Shown: positions 22,664 to 30,648 of the stretch, one piece after another | Numbering within the stretch: the first letter of the stretch is position 1 | Layout: every line of letters begins with the position of its first letter | Origin: Phycisphaera mikurensis NBRC 102666 | GTDB taxonomy: Bacteria; Planctomycetota; Phycisphaerae; Phycisphaerales; Phycisphaeraceae | NCBI RefSeq assembly: GCF_000284115.1 | Contig: NC_017080.1 | Span: 540,001 to 572,000 of the forward strand | Direction: 5' to 3' | Length of the DNA stretch: 32,000 bases | Notes under the pieces: model-generated | Database searches by the model: none | The model's input: the letters and a program-made list of their open reading frames with translations, nothing else | Told to the model about the DNA's origin: nothing | Position numbers and translations under genes: made by a program

Positions 22664-23350
22664 TCAGGCGATGCCGATGACCTTGTGGGTCTGGACCGAG
22701 AGGCGCCAAGCGGGGTTCGCCAGGCAGTAGGCGACCGCCAGCTGGGTGTTCTCCGCCTGCGCCGGGCCATCCATCGGCTGGAGCAGGCGGTGGCGGAACC
22801 CTAAGGCGTTCAGCGACTCGGGTCGGAGTGCCGGCTGGGGGTAGACGAGCTTGAGCTCGTCGCCGCCGCCGAGGGCCAGCGGCTGGCCGGCCTTGGGCGA
22901 GACGGTGACCCAGTCGGGCGCGGGATCGGGCAGCGGCCGCGTGCCGTTGGTCTCGACGGCGACCTCGAAGCCGCGGGCCCGCAGCGCAGCGATCGCCGGG
23001 CCGTCGAGCTGCAGCAGCGGCTCGCCGCCGGTGCAGACGACGAAGCGGTGCTCGGACCGGCGACCCCAGCATTCCGCGGCGGCGTCGGCGAGCGCCTCGG
23101 GGCCGCGGAAGGTGCCGCCGCCGGGGCCGTCGGTGCCGACGAAGTCGGTGTCGCAGAAGCGGCACGCGGCGGTGGCCCGGTCCGCCTCCCGGCCGCTCCA
23201 GAGGTTGCAGCCGGCGAAGCGCAGGAACACGGCGGCCCGGCCGGCGTGGATGCCCTCGCCCTGCAGGGTGAGGTGCATCTCCTTCACGCGGTACGCGCGG
23301 TCGCGGGCGGAGGCGGGAGCCGCGGCGAGTTCGAGGGGGGCAGGGTCCAT
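22664..23350 (-). CDS. queE: 7-carboxy-7-deazaguanine synthase (radical SAM), CX14CX2C type
   Basis: Same frame as track ORF 22664..24055; start at ATG 23350. YRVKEMHLTLQGEGIHAGRAAVFLRFAGCNLWSGREADRATAACRFCDTDF: 14 residues lie between the first and second Cys, then CxxC. This is followed by VVCTGGEPLLQ and LSVQTHKVIGI. Confidence 0.85.
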   Translation of the reverse strand: MDPAPLELAAAPASARDRAYRVKEMHLTLQGEGIHAGRAAVFLRFAGCNLWSGREADRATAACRFCDTDFVGTDGPGGGTFRGPEALADAAAECWGRRSEHRFVVCTGGEPLLQLDGPAIAALRARGFEVAVETNGTRPLPDPAPDWVTVSPKAGQPLALGGGDELKLVYPQPALRPESLNALGFRHRLLQPMDGPAQAENTQLAVAYCLANPAWRLSVQTHKVIGIA

Positions 23351-23431
23351 GCGGGCGTCCCGAACGTAGCCCGCCGCCCGCGGTGGGGTAGCCTCTCCAC
23401 CGACCGCCATCCGCTCCGCCGGAGCCCCGCC

Positions 23432-24205
23432 ATGCCCGACTCCAAACGCCGCTTCCCCTCCGTCTGCCTCGCCCTGGCGGCCTGCTTCGCGCTGCTGCTG
23501 CCCGGCTGCGTGAAGTACAAGCAGACGACGACGGTGATGGCGGACGGCTCGGGGAAGATGGAGCTGGTCATGGGCATGAGCCTCGCGGAGCTCGCGCGGC
23601 TGGGGCCGGAGAAGGACCCCTTCGCCGCCCTGAGCGTCGAGGCCCTCGCCAAGAACCCGCAGGGCTTCGTCGCCTTCACCGAGCCCCGCGCCCGCGACGT
23701 CGACGGCTACCGCGTCGTCACCGTCACCGGCTACTTCGAGGACGTCAACCAGCTCGCCTTCGCCGGCGGCGGCATCGGCGGCGACCAAGAACTCGAAAGC
23801 GTCTCCTACACGCTCGCCGAATCGAGGCTGACGGTCCAGCGCCCGCTCGCCGGCCAGGCCGCCGCGGCTTTCCGCGACGAGCCGATGAGCCTCGAGAACC
23901 CGGAGCTGCGCCGCGTGCTGGCCCCGATGCTCGAAGGGCTCGAGCTCGAAGAGTCCTTCGTCGTTCCCGGGGCGGTCACCTCCGCCGGGCCGCTGGCCGC
24001 GGACGGCCGCCGGGCCACGGCGTCGGTGGCGGGCGCAGAGGTCCTCGACCGGCACGACGCCCTGCTCGACGCGTTCGCGCCGCTGGAGCGGCTGGAGATC
24101 GACTTCGAGCCGCAGGCCCTCTCGCCCTCCGCATCGGAGGCGTGGGCGCGGGAACTCAGCGACGCCAAGACGGATTGGGCGCGCCTCCTCGGAGCGGGCG
24201 GGTGA
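23432..24205 (+). CDS. Hypothetical lipoprotein
   Basis: Same frame as track ORF 23048..24205. ATG 23432 gives MPDSKRRFPSVCLALAACFALLLPGC (lipobox LLPGC). No recognisable catalytic motif. Confidence 0.6.
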   Translation: MPDSKRRFPSVCLALAACFALLLPGCVKYKQTTTVMADGSGKMELVMGMSLAELARLGPEKDPFAALSVEALAKNPQGFVAFTEPRARDVDGYRVVTVTGYFEDVNQLAFAGGGIGGDQELESVSYTLAESRLTVQRPLAGQAAAAFRDEPMSLENPELRRVLAPMLEGLELEESFVVPGAVTSAGPLAADGRRATASVAGAEVLDRHDALLDAFAPLERLEIDFEPQALSPSASEAWARELSDAKTDWARLLGAGG

Positions 24206-25083
24206 GCCCCCCTGTGCGCCGGCGGTTCGCCTTGGCGTGGCTGGCGTGGCTGGCGTGCGGAGGCTTCCCGCTCGCCGGCTGCGTGCAGAGCCGGGTCGTC
24301 CACGACGGCTGGGCGGAGTTCGCTCGCGGGGCGGCGGCGGGGGGGGCGGACGTCAGGCTGGGGCGGGATCCCGACGCGGTGTCGGACCGGCTCGCCGCCC
24401 GCCGCGCCGGGCAGCGGGCGCACCGGCTCCGGCTCGCCGTCTTCGAGGGGCCCGACCGCATGGCCGACGGCCACGAGGCCGCGCTGTTCGCCCGGTCGGC
24501 GGGCGGCTTCGGCGGCGTCAGCCTCCTCGACGCCGACGGCGTGGCCGTCGTCTACGCGGGGCGTTACGCGGACAGCGCCGACCCCGCGGCGCGGAGAGCG
24601 CTCAAGCGGGCGAGGAGGCTGCAAGGCCCGGCCAACTCCGGCATGGCCGGGCGCAAGCCCTTCGCCGGAGCGCGGCTCGTCCCGCTGGCCGGCCCGCTCC
24701 GCGGCGCGGCGGCGGCCGCCCCGGCGGACCCGCTGGACCTCCGGGGCCACCCCGGCCTCTTCACCCTGCAGGTCGGCTTCTTCGACGACGCCGCCGAGCC
24801 GGACCGGCGGACCGCGGCCGAGCGGTGGGCCAACCGGCTCCGCCGCGACGAGAAGGTGGAGGCCTTCTACTACCACGGCCCCAACCGCTCGCTGGTGACC
24901 GTCGGCCTCTTCGCCCGCAGCGAGTTCGTGCAGGAGGGCCAGCAGGAGGGCTACCCGCTCGCGGCCCGCGAGCTCCAGAAGCGCTTCCCCCACAACCTGG
25001 GCAACGGCCACACGCTCGTGGAGAGGAGCGCGTCCGGCGAGGCGCTCGGGGAGCAGACCAGCAAGCTGGTGAAGACGCCCTGA
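24202..25083 (+). CDS. Hypothetical lipoprotein with two SPOR-like repeats (tentative)
   Basis: Same frame as track ORF 24142..25083. GTG 24202 overlaps the upstream stop (GTGA) and gives (M)SPPVRRRFALAWLAWLACGGFPLAGC (lipobox). Segments HRLRLAVFEG...VAVVYAGRYAD and LFTLQVGFFDD...SLVTVGLFA resemble the SPOR beta-alpha-beta-beta pattern, judged by eye only. Confidence 0.5.
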   Translation: MSPPVRRRFALAWLAWLACGGFPLAGCVQSRVVHDGWAEFARGAAAGGADVRLGRDPDAVSDRLAARRAGQRAHRLRLAVFEGPDRMADGHEAALFARSAGGFGGVSLLDADGVAVVYAGRYADSADPAARRALKRARRLQGPANSGMAGRKPFAGARLVPLAGPLRGAAAAAPADPLDLRGHPGLFTLQVGFFDDAAEPDRRTAAERWANRLRRDEKVEAFYYHGPNRSLVTVGLFARSEFVQEGQQEGYPLAARELQKRFPHNLGNGHTLVERSASGEALGEQTSKLVKTP

Positions 25084-25114
25084 GGCCCGGCGGGGCCGCC
25101 GGCGGACGCCCCGC

Positions 25115-25160
25115 CCGCGGACCGCGACGCCTCCGGTCGCCGGAGCCCCACGGTCCGCGG
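25115..25160. repeat. GC hairpin element: CCGCGGACCG-N26-CGGTCCGCGG (family copy B, intergenic)
   Basis: Perfect 10-bp arms at 25115..25124 and 25151..25160. An inner stem ctccgg-tcg-ccggag is also present. Lies 32 nt downstream of the lipoprotein stop (25083), between convergent genes. Confidence 0.7.
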
Positions 25161-25239
25161 CGCGCACAGCGCCACGCCCCGCTCCCGCCGAATGCCCCGG
25201 CGGACACGGACACCCCGCCCGGGTGTTCAAAACGCTCCG

Positions 25240-26130
25240 TCAGCCGCCCTGCACGTAGATGTTCCGGTTCCGCAGGGTGGTGTCGAAGCGGCTGTTCCAC
25301 GTCTCGCTGGAGGCGTGGCCGTCGCCGAAGGCGACGTTGGCGACCTTGTCGCCGGCGTGCCGCCAGCGGATGTTCCCGGCGTTGCCGCCGCCGCTGTAGT
25401 TCTGCGCGTCCTCGTTGCTGCCGCCGTCGATGGAGGCGCCGAGGTCGATCGAGGGCGCGAGCAGCAGATTGTTCTGCGGGAGGCCGTCGCGGAAGTACGC
25501 GGTGTCCTGGAGCTTGTACGCGGTCGCGTTGGACTGCCAGGTGCCGGGCTGGGGATTGCTGAAGATCTGTACCCCGTCGAAGATCAGGGCGAGCGCCGCC
25601 GGCTCCCGGAGGTCGTACAGGCGGTAGGGCTCCGCCAGCCGCGGGTTCGGGCCGGTGTCGTAGGCGGGATCCAGGCGGGTGGGCCCGACCTGCGGCATGA
25701 TCCGCGGGTGGACGCTGTAGGTGAGCGGCAGGTCCCGGTCGGTCCCGGCGACGGTGCTCTCGATCGACTCGGGGCAGTGGAAGATCTTGCGGGCCGAGCC
25801 GGCGTCCGCGGTGGACGCGGAGTACGTCCCGTCGTCGGCCTCGATCGTCTTGCCGATCAGCGTCCGCCAGTCGCTGCCGGGGGCCACCGAGGTGAAGCCG
25901 TAGGGCAGCACCGCCTTGTTGTCCTCGGCGTAGATGTGGACCGCCTGCGCCATGCTCCGCAGCTGCGTGAGGCACAGCAGGTTCCGGGCGGAGGAGCGGG
26001 CGGCGCCCAGGGCGGGCAGGAGGATGCCGATGAGCAGGGCGATGATCGAGATCACCACCAGCAGCTCGATGAGCGTGAAGCCGCTCGGGCGGCGGGCGGG
26101 AGCCGGGGTGCGGTGAGGGCGCGAGATCAT
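25240..26130 (-). CDS. Prepilin-type N-terminal cleavage/methylation domain protein, DUF1559 / H-X9-DG-like (second paralog)
   Basis: Same frame as track ORF 25240..27147. ATG 26130 gives [17 protein letters not shown]|[29 protein letters not shown]-terminal [22 protein letters not shown] is an H-X9-DG-like block. Confidence 0.85.
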   Translation of the reverse strand: MISRPHRTPAPARRPSGFTLIELLVVISIIALLIGILLPALGAARSSARNLLCLTQLRSMAQAVHIYAEDNKAVLPYGFTSVAPGSDWRTLIGKTIEADDGTYSASTADAGSARKIFHCPESIESTVAGTDRDLPLTYSVHPRIMPQVGPTRLDPAYDTGPNPRLAEPYRLYDLREPAALALIFDGVQIFSNPQPGTWQSNATAYKLQDTAYFRDGLPQNNLLLAPSIDLGASIDGGSNEDAQNYSGGGNAGNIRWRHAGDKVANVAFGDGHASSETWNSRFDTTLRNRNIYVQGG

Positions 26131-26261
26131 GAAGCGATCCGGGTGGGAGGTGGTGCGGGGCCCGCGATCGGGCGCCCCGTCGATCGGTTCGCGAGCCTTG
26201 GACGGCGGGCGTCCGTCGAAGCCGGGCGTCGGGCGGTGGGCCCGGGCCCGGAGGTGGGCGC

Positions 26262-26912
26262 TCAGGCCGAGCGGCGGCGGCCCAGGAGGGCCAGGCCGCC
26301 GGCGCCGACCAGGGCCAGCGAGGCCGGCTCGGGGACGACGGTCAGCGTGAAGTTGTCGAAGCGGGCGACGGGGGTGACGGTGCCGGTGCCCCCGCCGAAG
26401 CCGTCGAGCTGCAGCGCCAGCCGGAGGCGGCCGCCGTTGTAGACGAAGGTCTCGTCCAGCGACTTGATGACGCCGGCCTCGCCTTCCACGACCGCGATGG
26501 CGGGGAAGGAGCGGCCGCCGGGGCCGTTCACTTCCTGGTTGACGTTGATGTAGGAGTTGCCCTCGGTGCTGATCTGCTGGATGTCGCCGGTGATCCGGTA
26601 CTCCTGGCCGATCGTCAGCAGCGTCGAGTCGACCCCGACGCCCGAGCCGAAGTCGTTCACGAAGCTGCCGTAGCGGCCGCGGCTGCTGGAGGTCGTGGCG
26701 GCCGACAGCTGGAGAGCCTGGGAGCCGTCCGAGACCGCCGGGGTCACGATGACGGCGTCGATGTTGGACTGCTGCGCGAAGCCGGTGATGGTGGTCGAGC
26801 CGACGGCGTCCTGCTCGAAGGAGCCGTTGGTGATCAGGTTGGCGCTGGCGAGCCCGGCGGGGAGCACGGCGGTGGCGGTGACGGCGACGAGCACAGCGGA
26901 GAGGTTTCTCAT
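26262..26912 (-). CDS. Secreted PEP-CTERM protein with lectin/CBM-like N-terminal domain
   Basis: ORF track 26262..26912. Signal peptide [24 protein letters not shown]. The mature N-terminus [14 protein letters not shown] is typical of galactose-binding-like/CBM folds. C-terminus [25 protein letters not shown]. Confidence 0.85.
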   Translation of the reverse strand: MRNLSAVLVAVTATAVLPAGLASANLITNGSFEQDAVGSTTITGFAQQSNIDAVIVTPAVSDGSQALQLSAATTSSSRGRYGSFVNDFGSGVGVDSTLLTIGQEYRITGDIQQISTEGNSYINVNQEVNGPGGRSFPAIAVVEGEAGVIKSLDETFVYNGGRLRLALQLDGFGGGTGTVTPVARFDNFTLTVVPEPASLALVGAGGLALLGRRRSA

Positions 26913-26996
26913 TTCGGTTCTTTCTCAGGAGAAGAAGAGATGTTCTGCCGCCGCGAACGCGAACGGCGAGCGAGTGAAGGAAAACCCAAGTTACCT

Positions 26997-27023
26997 CAGG
27001 GCCGTGTGGATGCTCTGCGATTG
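26997..27023. promoter_or_regulatory. Second copy of the CAGGGCC-GTGTGGAT-GCGATTG motif triplet, in the divergent PEP-CTERM/XylR-type regulator region
   Basis: cagggcc 26997..27003, gtgtggat 27004..27011, gcgattg 27017..27023. It sits in the most AT-rich stretch of the window (26913..27060). Confidence 0.3.
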
Positions 27024-27178
27024 TCGGAAGGTTCTTCTTCAAATTGCGCAATGACCGACAGCCGGCGGGGCGCATCGCTCGGAAACTTCCGGCGGAACGC
27101 GGCGGTCGCGCGGCGTCGGCCGGCGCCGTTCCTAGAGAAGAGATCATCGAAACGCGCAGCGGCGCCTACCGTGCCAGG

Positions 27179-28345
27179 ATGAAGCAACCCCTTGTCGCCG
27201 TGCTGGTTGGGATGCAGACGAGCTTCCAGCGGGGGATCGTCGAGGGCATCGCCGGTCACCCGCGGGCCCGCGGCTCGTGGCGGGTGCGCTTCGACCCGTA
27301 CCGGGAGGAGGCGAACCTCGGCGGGCTCGATCGCTGCGACGCGGCGATCAGCGGGCTGGGGCCCGAGGCGGCGGAGCGGCTGCTGGACTGGGGGCGGCCG
27401 GTGGTGAACTGCGTGAACGAGTCGCTGGACCGGCGCTTCGCGGCCAACGTCAGCTGCAACGACGAGGCGGTCGGGCGGCTGGTCGCCGAGGACCTGGTCA
27501 GCCGGGGCTACACCCGCTTCGCGGCGGTGGGCATGACCATGGCGCACTCGTCCAGCCGGCTCGCGGGCTACCTCGACGCGCTGCTCGCGCTCGGGCACGA
27601 GGCCGAGGTGCTCGACCTGCGGTGGGGCGGGGCCGACCGCAGCCGCATGCTCACCGACGCCGACCTCACGCGCTGGCTGCTCGGGCTCCCCAAGCCCGTC
27701 GCGCTCTTCGCCACCAACGACGTGCTGGGCAACCGGGTGATCGAGCTCGCGGGCGCCGCCGATGTCGACGTGCCCGAGGCGCTGGTGGTCGTGGGCGTCG
27801 ACAACGACCCGGCGCTGTGCGGGCTGTCGCGGCCGCCGCTGTCGAGCGTGGAGCTCGCGACCGAGCACATCGGCCACTCCGCCGCGGGCATCATCGACGC
27901 GATCCTCCACGGGGGCGACGGCAGCGCCCGAGACATCACCGTGAGCGTCCCGCCGAGGCGCCTGGTCCACCGGCAGTCGTCCAACGCCCTGGCCATCGAC
28001 GACGCGGACGTCGCCGCCGCGCTGTCGTTCATCCGCCAGAACGCGACGCGCGGCATCGGCGTGGGCGACGTGCTCGACCACGTGCCGATTTCGCGGCGGT
28101 CGCTGGAGCTCCGCTTCACCCGCCTGCTCCGCCGCACGCCCAAGCAGGAGATCCTCCGCGTGCGGATCGAGCTGGCCAAGGCCGAGCTTGCCACCACCGC
28201 CCTGCAGGTGGGGGAGATCGCGCACCGCTGCGGCTTCGGCGACCAGACCCGCTTCGGCATCGCCTTCAAGCGGGCGGTCGGCACGACGCCGACGGCCTTC
28301 CGCCGCAAGTTCCTGGTCGGACGGCCGGCCGGCAGACGCGGCTGA
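27179..28345 (+). CDS. XylR-type regulator: periplasmic-binding-protein-like sugar sensor domain fused to an AraC HTH
   Basis: Same frame as track ORF 27044..28345; start at ATG 27179. The N-terminal ~270 aa is LacI/PBP-like (VAVLVGMQTSF..., ALFATNDVLGNRVIELA, VVGVDNDP). The C-terminal part is an AraC HTH (VGDVLDHVPISRRSLELRFTRLLRRTPKQEILRVRIELAKAELATTALQVGEIAHRCGFGDQTRFGIAFKRAVGTTPTAFRRK). Confidence 0.8.
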   Translation: MKQPLVAVLVGMQTSFQRGIVEGIAGHPRARGSWRVRFDPYREEANLGGLDRCDAAISGLGPEAAERLLDWGRPVVNCVNESLDRRFAANVSCNDEAVGRLVAEDLVSRGYTRFAAVGMTMAHSSSRLAGYLDALLALGHEAEVLDLRWGGADRSRMLTDADLTRWLLGLPKPVALFATNDVLGNRVIELAGAADVDVPEALVVVGVDNDPALCGLSRPPLSSVELATEHIGHSAAGIIDAILHGGDGSARDITVSVPPRRLVHRQSSNALAIDDADVAAALSFIRQNATRGIGVGDVLDHVPISRRSLELRFTRLLRRTPKQEILRVRIELAKAELATTALQVGEIAHRCGFGDQTRFGIAFKRAVGTTPTAFRRKFLVGRPAGRRG

Positions 28346-28376
28346 CGCCCGCGAGAAGCCGCGGCTGGCGTCAGCC
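28340..28376. terminator. 10-bp perfect inverted repeat (GGCTGACGCC-N17-GGCGTCAGCC) between convergent genes; candidate bidirectional terminator
   Basis: The left arm (28340..28349) contains the XylR-type stop codon (28343..28345); the right arm is 28367..28376. It is followed by GCGTCAG repeated 3 times with a 10-bp period (28368..28394), the last copy containing the GH30-like stop codon. No U-tract. Confidence 0.35.
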
Positions 28377-28390
28377 CGCGTCAGTTCGCG

Positions 28391-30475
28391 TCAGTTCGTG
28401 TCGCCCAGGCCGCCGGTCGCGTGCAGCAGGTTGATGCTGAACGGCGGGAGCTCGACCCGGAGCGAGCCGCGGTCGACGGCCCCGCCGGCCAGGAGCGCGT
28501 CGTCGCGGTCCGCATCGGTGCTCCGAAGCTGGAACTCGCTCGCGTCGAGCCCGACGAGCGTGAGGCTCTTGGGGCCGCGGGTCGGGTTCACCAGCGCCAC
28601 GACCGACTCGGCCCCGTCGGGGCTCGTGAAGCCGAGCAGGTCGACGTTCACCCAGCCGTCCTGGCCGGCGCCGTTGGCGCGGAGGTCCGGGTCGTTGGTC
28701 CGCATCGGGTGGACCCGCCAGCCGGGCCGGACCTTCGACCAGAGCGCCGAGAACGCCACGTGCTTCTTCGACGGCGTCACCTCCTGGGTGTCCGGGTCCA
28801 CCATCACCATGCCCCACTTGCTCGGCTCGGTGCCGACCCGCGGCTTGATCCAGTGGGCCCAGTAGTGGTTGGGCACGTCGACGAGGTCGGAGAGGAAGTG
28901 GCGGAACTGGAAGAGCGCCCAGCTGAAGTCGTCGTTGCCGCCGGCGTCGGAGTTCTCCGTCTGCCAGAGCGGCTTGGGGTGGCGGGCGAGGCCGACCTGC
29001 AGCGCGGGCAGGTGGTGCTGGGCGTAGCTGTGGAAGGCGTAGCCGGCGAGGGCGGCGTCGAGCTTCGGGTTCTCGTCGAGCCGGGTGAAGCCGATGCCGC
29101 CGAGGAAGCCCTCGCCGAAGGTCTCGTCGGGGTCGAAGCCGACGGCGGTGCCGCCGCGGACCTCCCACTGCGTCGCCATCGCGTTGGTGTAGTTGGTGTC
29201 GGGGCCGAGGATGCCGACCGCCTGCAGCCCCGCCGCGTCCAGCGCCGCCCGCATCTTCACCGTCAGCCGGGCCCACTGCTCGGGCGTCATCAGCGTGTTC
29301 TCGTGCGCGGCGAGCTGGTCGGGCTCGTTCTGCACGGAGACGTTCAGCGGGAGGCCGAGGCCGTCGTCGTCGAGCTGCCGCACGACGCCGACGTACCAGT
29401 CGATGAAGGCGTCCTCGTTCTCCTCGGGCAGCAGCGACAGCGGCTCGCCGGGGTCGTATCGGCGGTTCTCGTTGGCGTCGAAGTAGCCCTTGTTCCCCTT
29501 GCCGGTCTTCATCGACGTGGGCGCGGACCAGCAGGACAGGATGTAGTCGTCGATGCCGTGGGACTGCGCCGCCCGGAGCCGGTCGCGCATCGCGGCGTAA
29601 GCGGGGGAGGGGGTCCCGCCGGTGACCTTCGCGTCCCAGTGGACGTTCAGCCGGACGAAGGTGAGGCCGAGGTCGCGGTAGTACGCCTCGAGGGCGGCGG
29701 GCACGTCGACCAGGTCGGGTGTCGAGGTGTCCCAGTACTCGTTGCCGACCACGTGGCCGCCCCAGCCGAGGACCTCCTGGGCGGGACGGGGGTTGAACTG
29801 CACGACCGAGCCGAGCTTCTCGCGGCGGGCGGCGGCGGAGGCGCGGGCCTCGAGCGCGGCGGCGTCGCCGGTGGCCGGGGCGGCGGCGGGCGCGCCTCCT
29901 GCGGGCGGCGTGGACGCCGCGGGCGTCGCGGCCTCGCCCGGGCCGACCAGGGCGAAGTCGCTCAGCCGGATGGTCTGCACGCGCTTGCCGAGGTTGCCGA
30001 GCACGTAGCGTGTCTTCGCGTGGTCGCCCTTGCCGGTGAGCGTGACGCGCTCGCTCTCCCAGCGTGAGGAGAAGTCCAGCCCCTTGGGCTCGGTTGCGTT
30101 GGCGTAGCCGCCGCCGTCCTCCTGAAGCGTCGTGAAGACGTTCAGCGGGCCGTCGGCCTTGCTGCTGAAGGTGAGCGTGTAGCGGACGCCGTCCTCGACG
30201 GGGCTGCCGGCGTAGTTCATCAGCTGCACGTGCCAGGCCTTGTCCGTGACCTTCGTCACATCGATCACCAGCGCCGGCTTGCCGTCGGGCCCCCCCTCGG
30301 GGTCGAGCCTGAGCGTCGCCTCGGCGCCGGCTTGGGTCTCCAGGCCCCAGCCGGCGGTGCCGGCCTCCAGCGAGGCGTTGGCGAGCGACGCCGCGGCGGC
30401 GGGGCGGGCCGCCGGGGCGAGCGAGCAGGCGGCAAGGACGAGCAGCGGGAGGATCCGGCGGGAGAGCAGCACCAT
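28391..30475 (-). CDS. Secreted CBM (CBM4/9-like) + clan GH-A glycoside hydrolase, most similar by motif to GH30
   Basis: Same frame as track ORF 28391..30616. ATG 30475 gives signal peptide MVLLSRRILPLLVLAACSLAPAARPAAA. The N-terminal ~170 aa is CBM-like (NASLEAGTAGWGLE...WHVQLMNYAGSPVEDGVRYTLTFSSKA). A Pro/Ala linker follows. The catalytic domain has VLGWGGHV, LSCWSAPTSMKT, VSVQNEPD (acid/base) and LWQTENS (nucleophile). Confidence 0.7.
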   Translation of the reverse strand: MVLLSRRILPLLVLAACSLAPAARPAAAASLANASLEAGTAGWGLETQAGAEATLRLDPEGGPDGKPALVIDVTKVTDKAWHVQLMNYAGSPVEDGVRYTLTFSSKADGPLNVFTTLQEDGGGYANATEPKGLDFSSRWESERVTLTGKGDHAKTRYVLGNLGKRVQTIRLSDFALVGPGEAATPAASTPPAGGAPAAAPATGDAAALEARASAAARREKLGSVVQFNPRPAQEVLGWGGHVVGNEYWDTSTPDLVDVPAALEAYYRDLGLTFVRLNVHWDAKVTGGTPSPAYAAMRDRLRAAQSHGIDDYILSCWSAPTSMKTGKGNKGYFDANENRRYDPGEPLSLLPEENEDAFIDWYVGVVRQLDDDGLGLPLNVSVQNEPDQLAAHENTLMTPEQWARLTVKMRAALDAAGLQAVGILGPDTNYTNAMATQWEVRGGTAVGFDPDETFGEGFLGGIGFTRLDENPKLDAALAGYAFHSYAQHHLPALQVGLARHPKPLWQTENSDAGGNDDFSWALFQFRHFLSDLVDVPNHYWAHWIKPRVGTEPSKWGMVMVDPDTQEVTPSKKHVAFSALWSKVRPGWRVHPMRTNDPDLRANGAGQDGWVNVDLLGFTSPDGAESVVALVNPTRGPKSLTLVGLDASEFQLRSTDADRDDALLAGGAVDRGSLRVELPPFSINLLHATGGLGDTN

Positions 30476-30648
30476 GAGGGAGAACCGATCGGGGGCGGGG
30501 AAGCGGGCGCCCGGAGAGGAAGCCGTTCCAAGGTAAAGCCGGGGGAAGCGGCGTTCTCTGCGCTTCGGCGCGTGGGGTTCTTCGTCCCGCGCACCACGCC
30601 CGCCCGTCGCCGCCACGCCGGCCGCCCGGCGGTAGCGTCGGGCGGCGT

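Noticed and set aside
22664-23350. QueE as the missing radical-SAM partner of the DUF4130-UdgX protein
   Set aside because: The sequence has QueE-specific blocks (LQGEGIHAGRAAVFLRFAGCNL, VCTGGEPLL, SVQTHK). At ~228 aa it is much shorter than the ~400-aa DNA-repair radical-SAM family as I recall it. It is also separated by two genes and sits on a different transcription unit.
23351-23431. preQ1 riboswitch upstream of queE
   Set aside because: The 81-nt leader (minus strand) contains a small GGTGG...CCACC hairpin. It lacks the A-rich tail and conserved loop nucleotides I associate with preQ1-I/II aptamers, and queE is not a typical preQ1-riboswitch-controlled gene.
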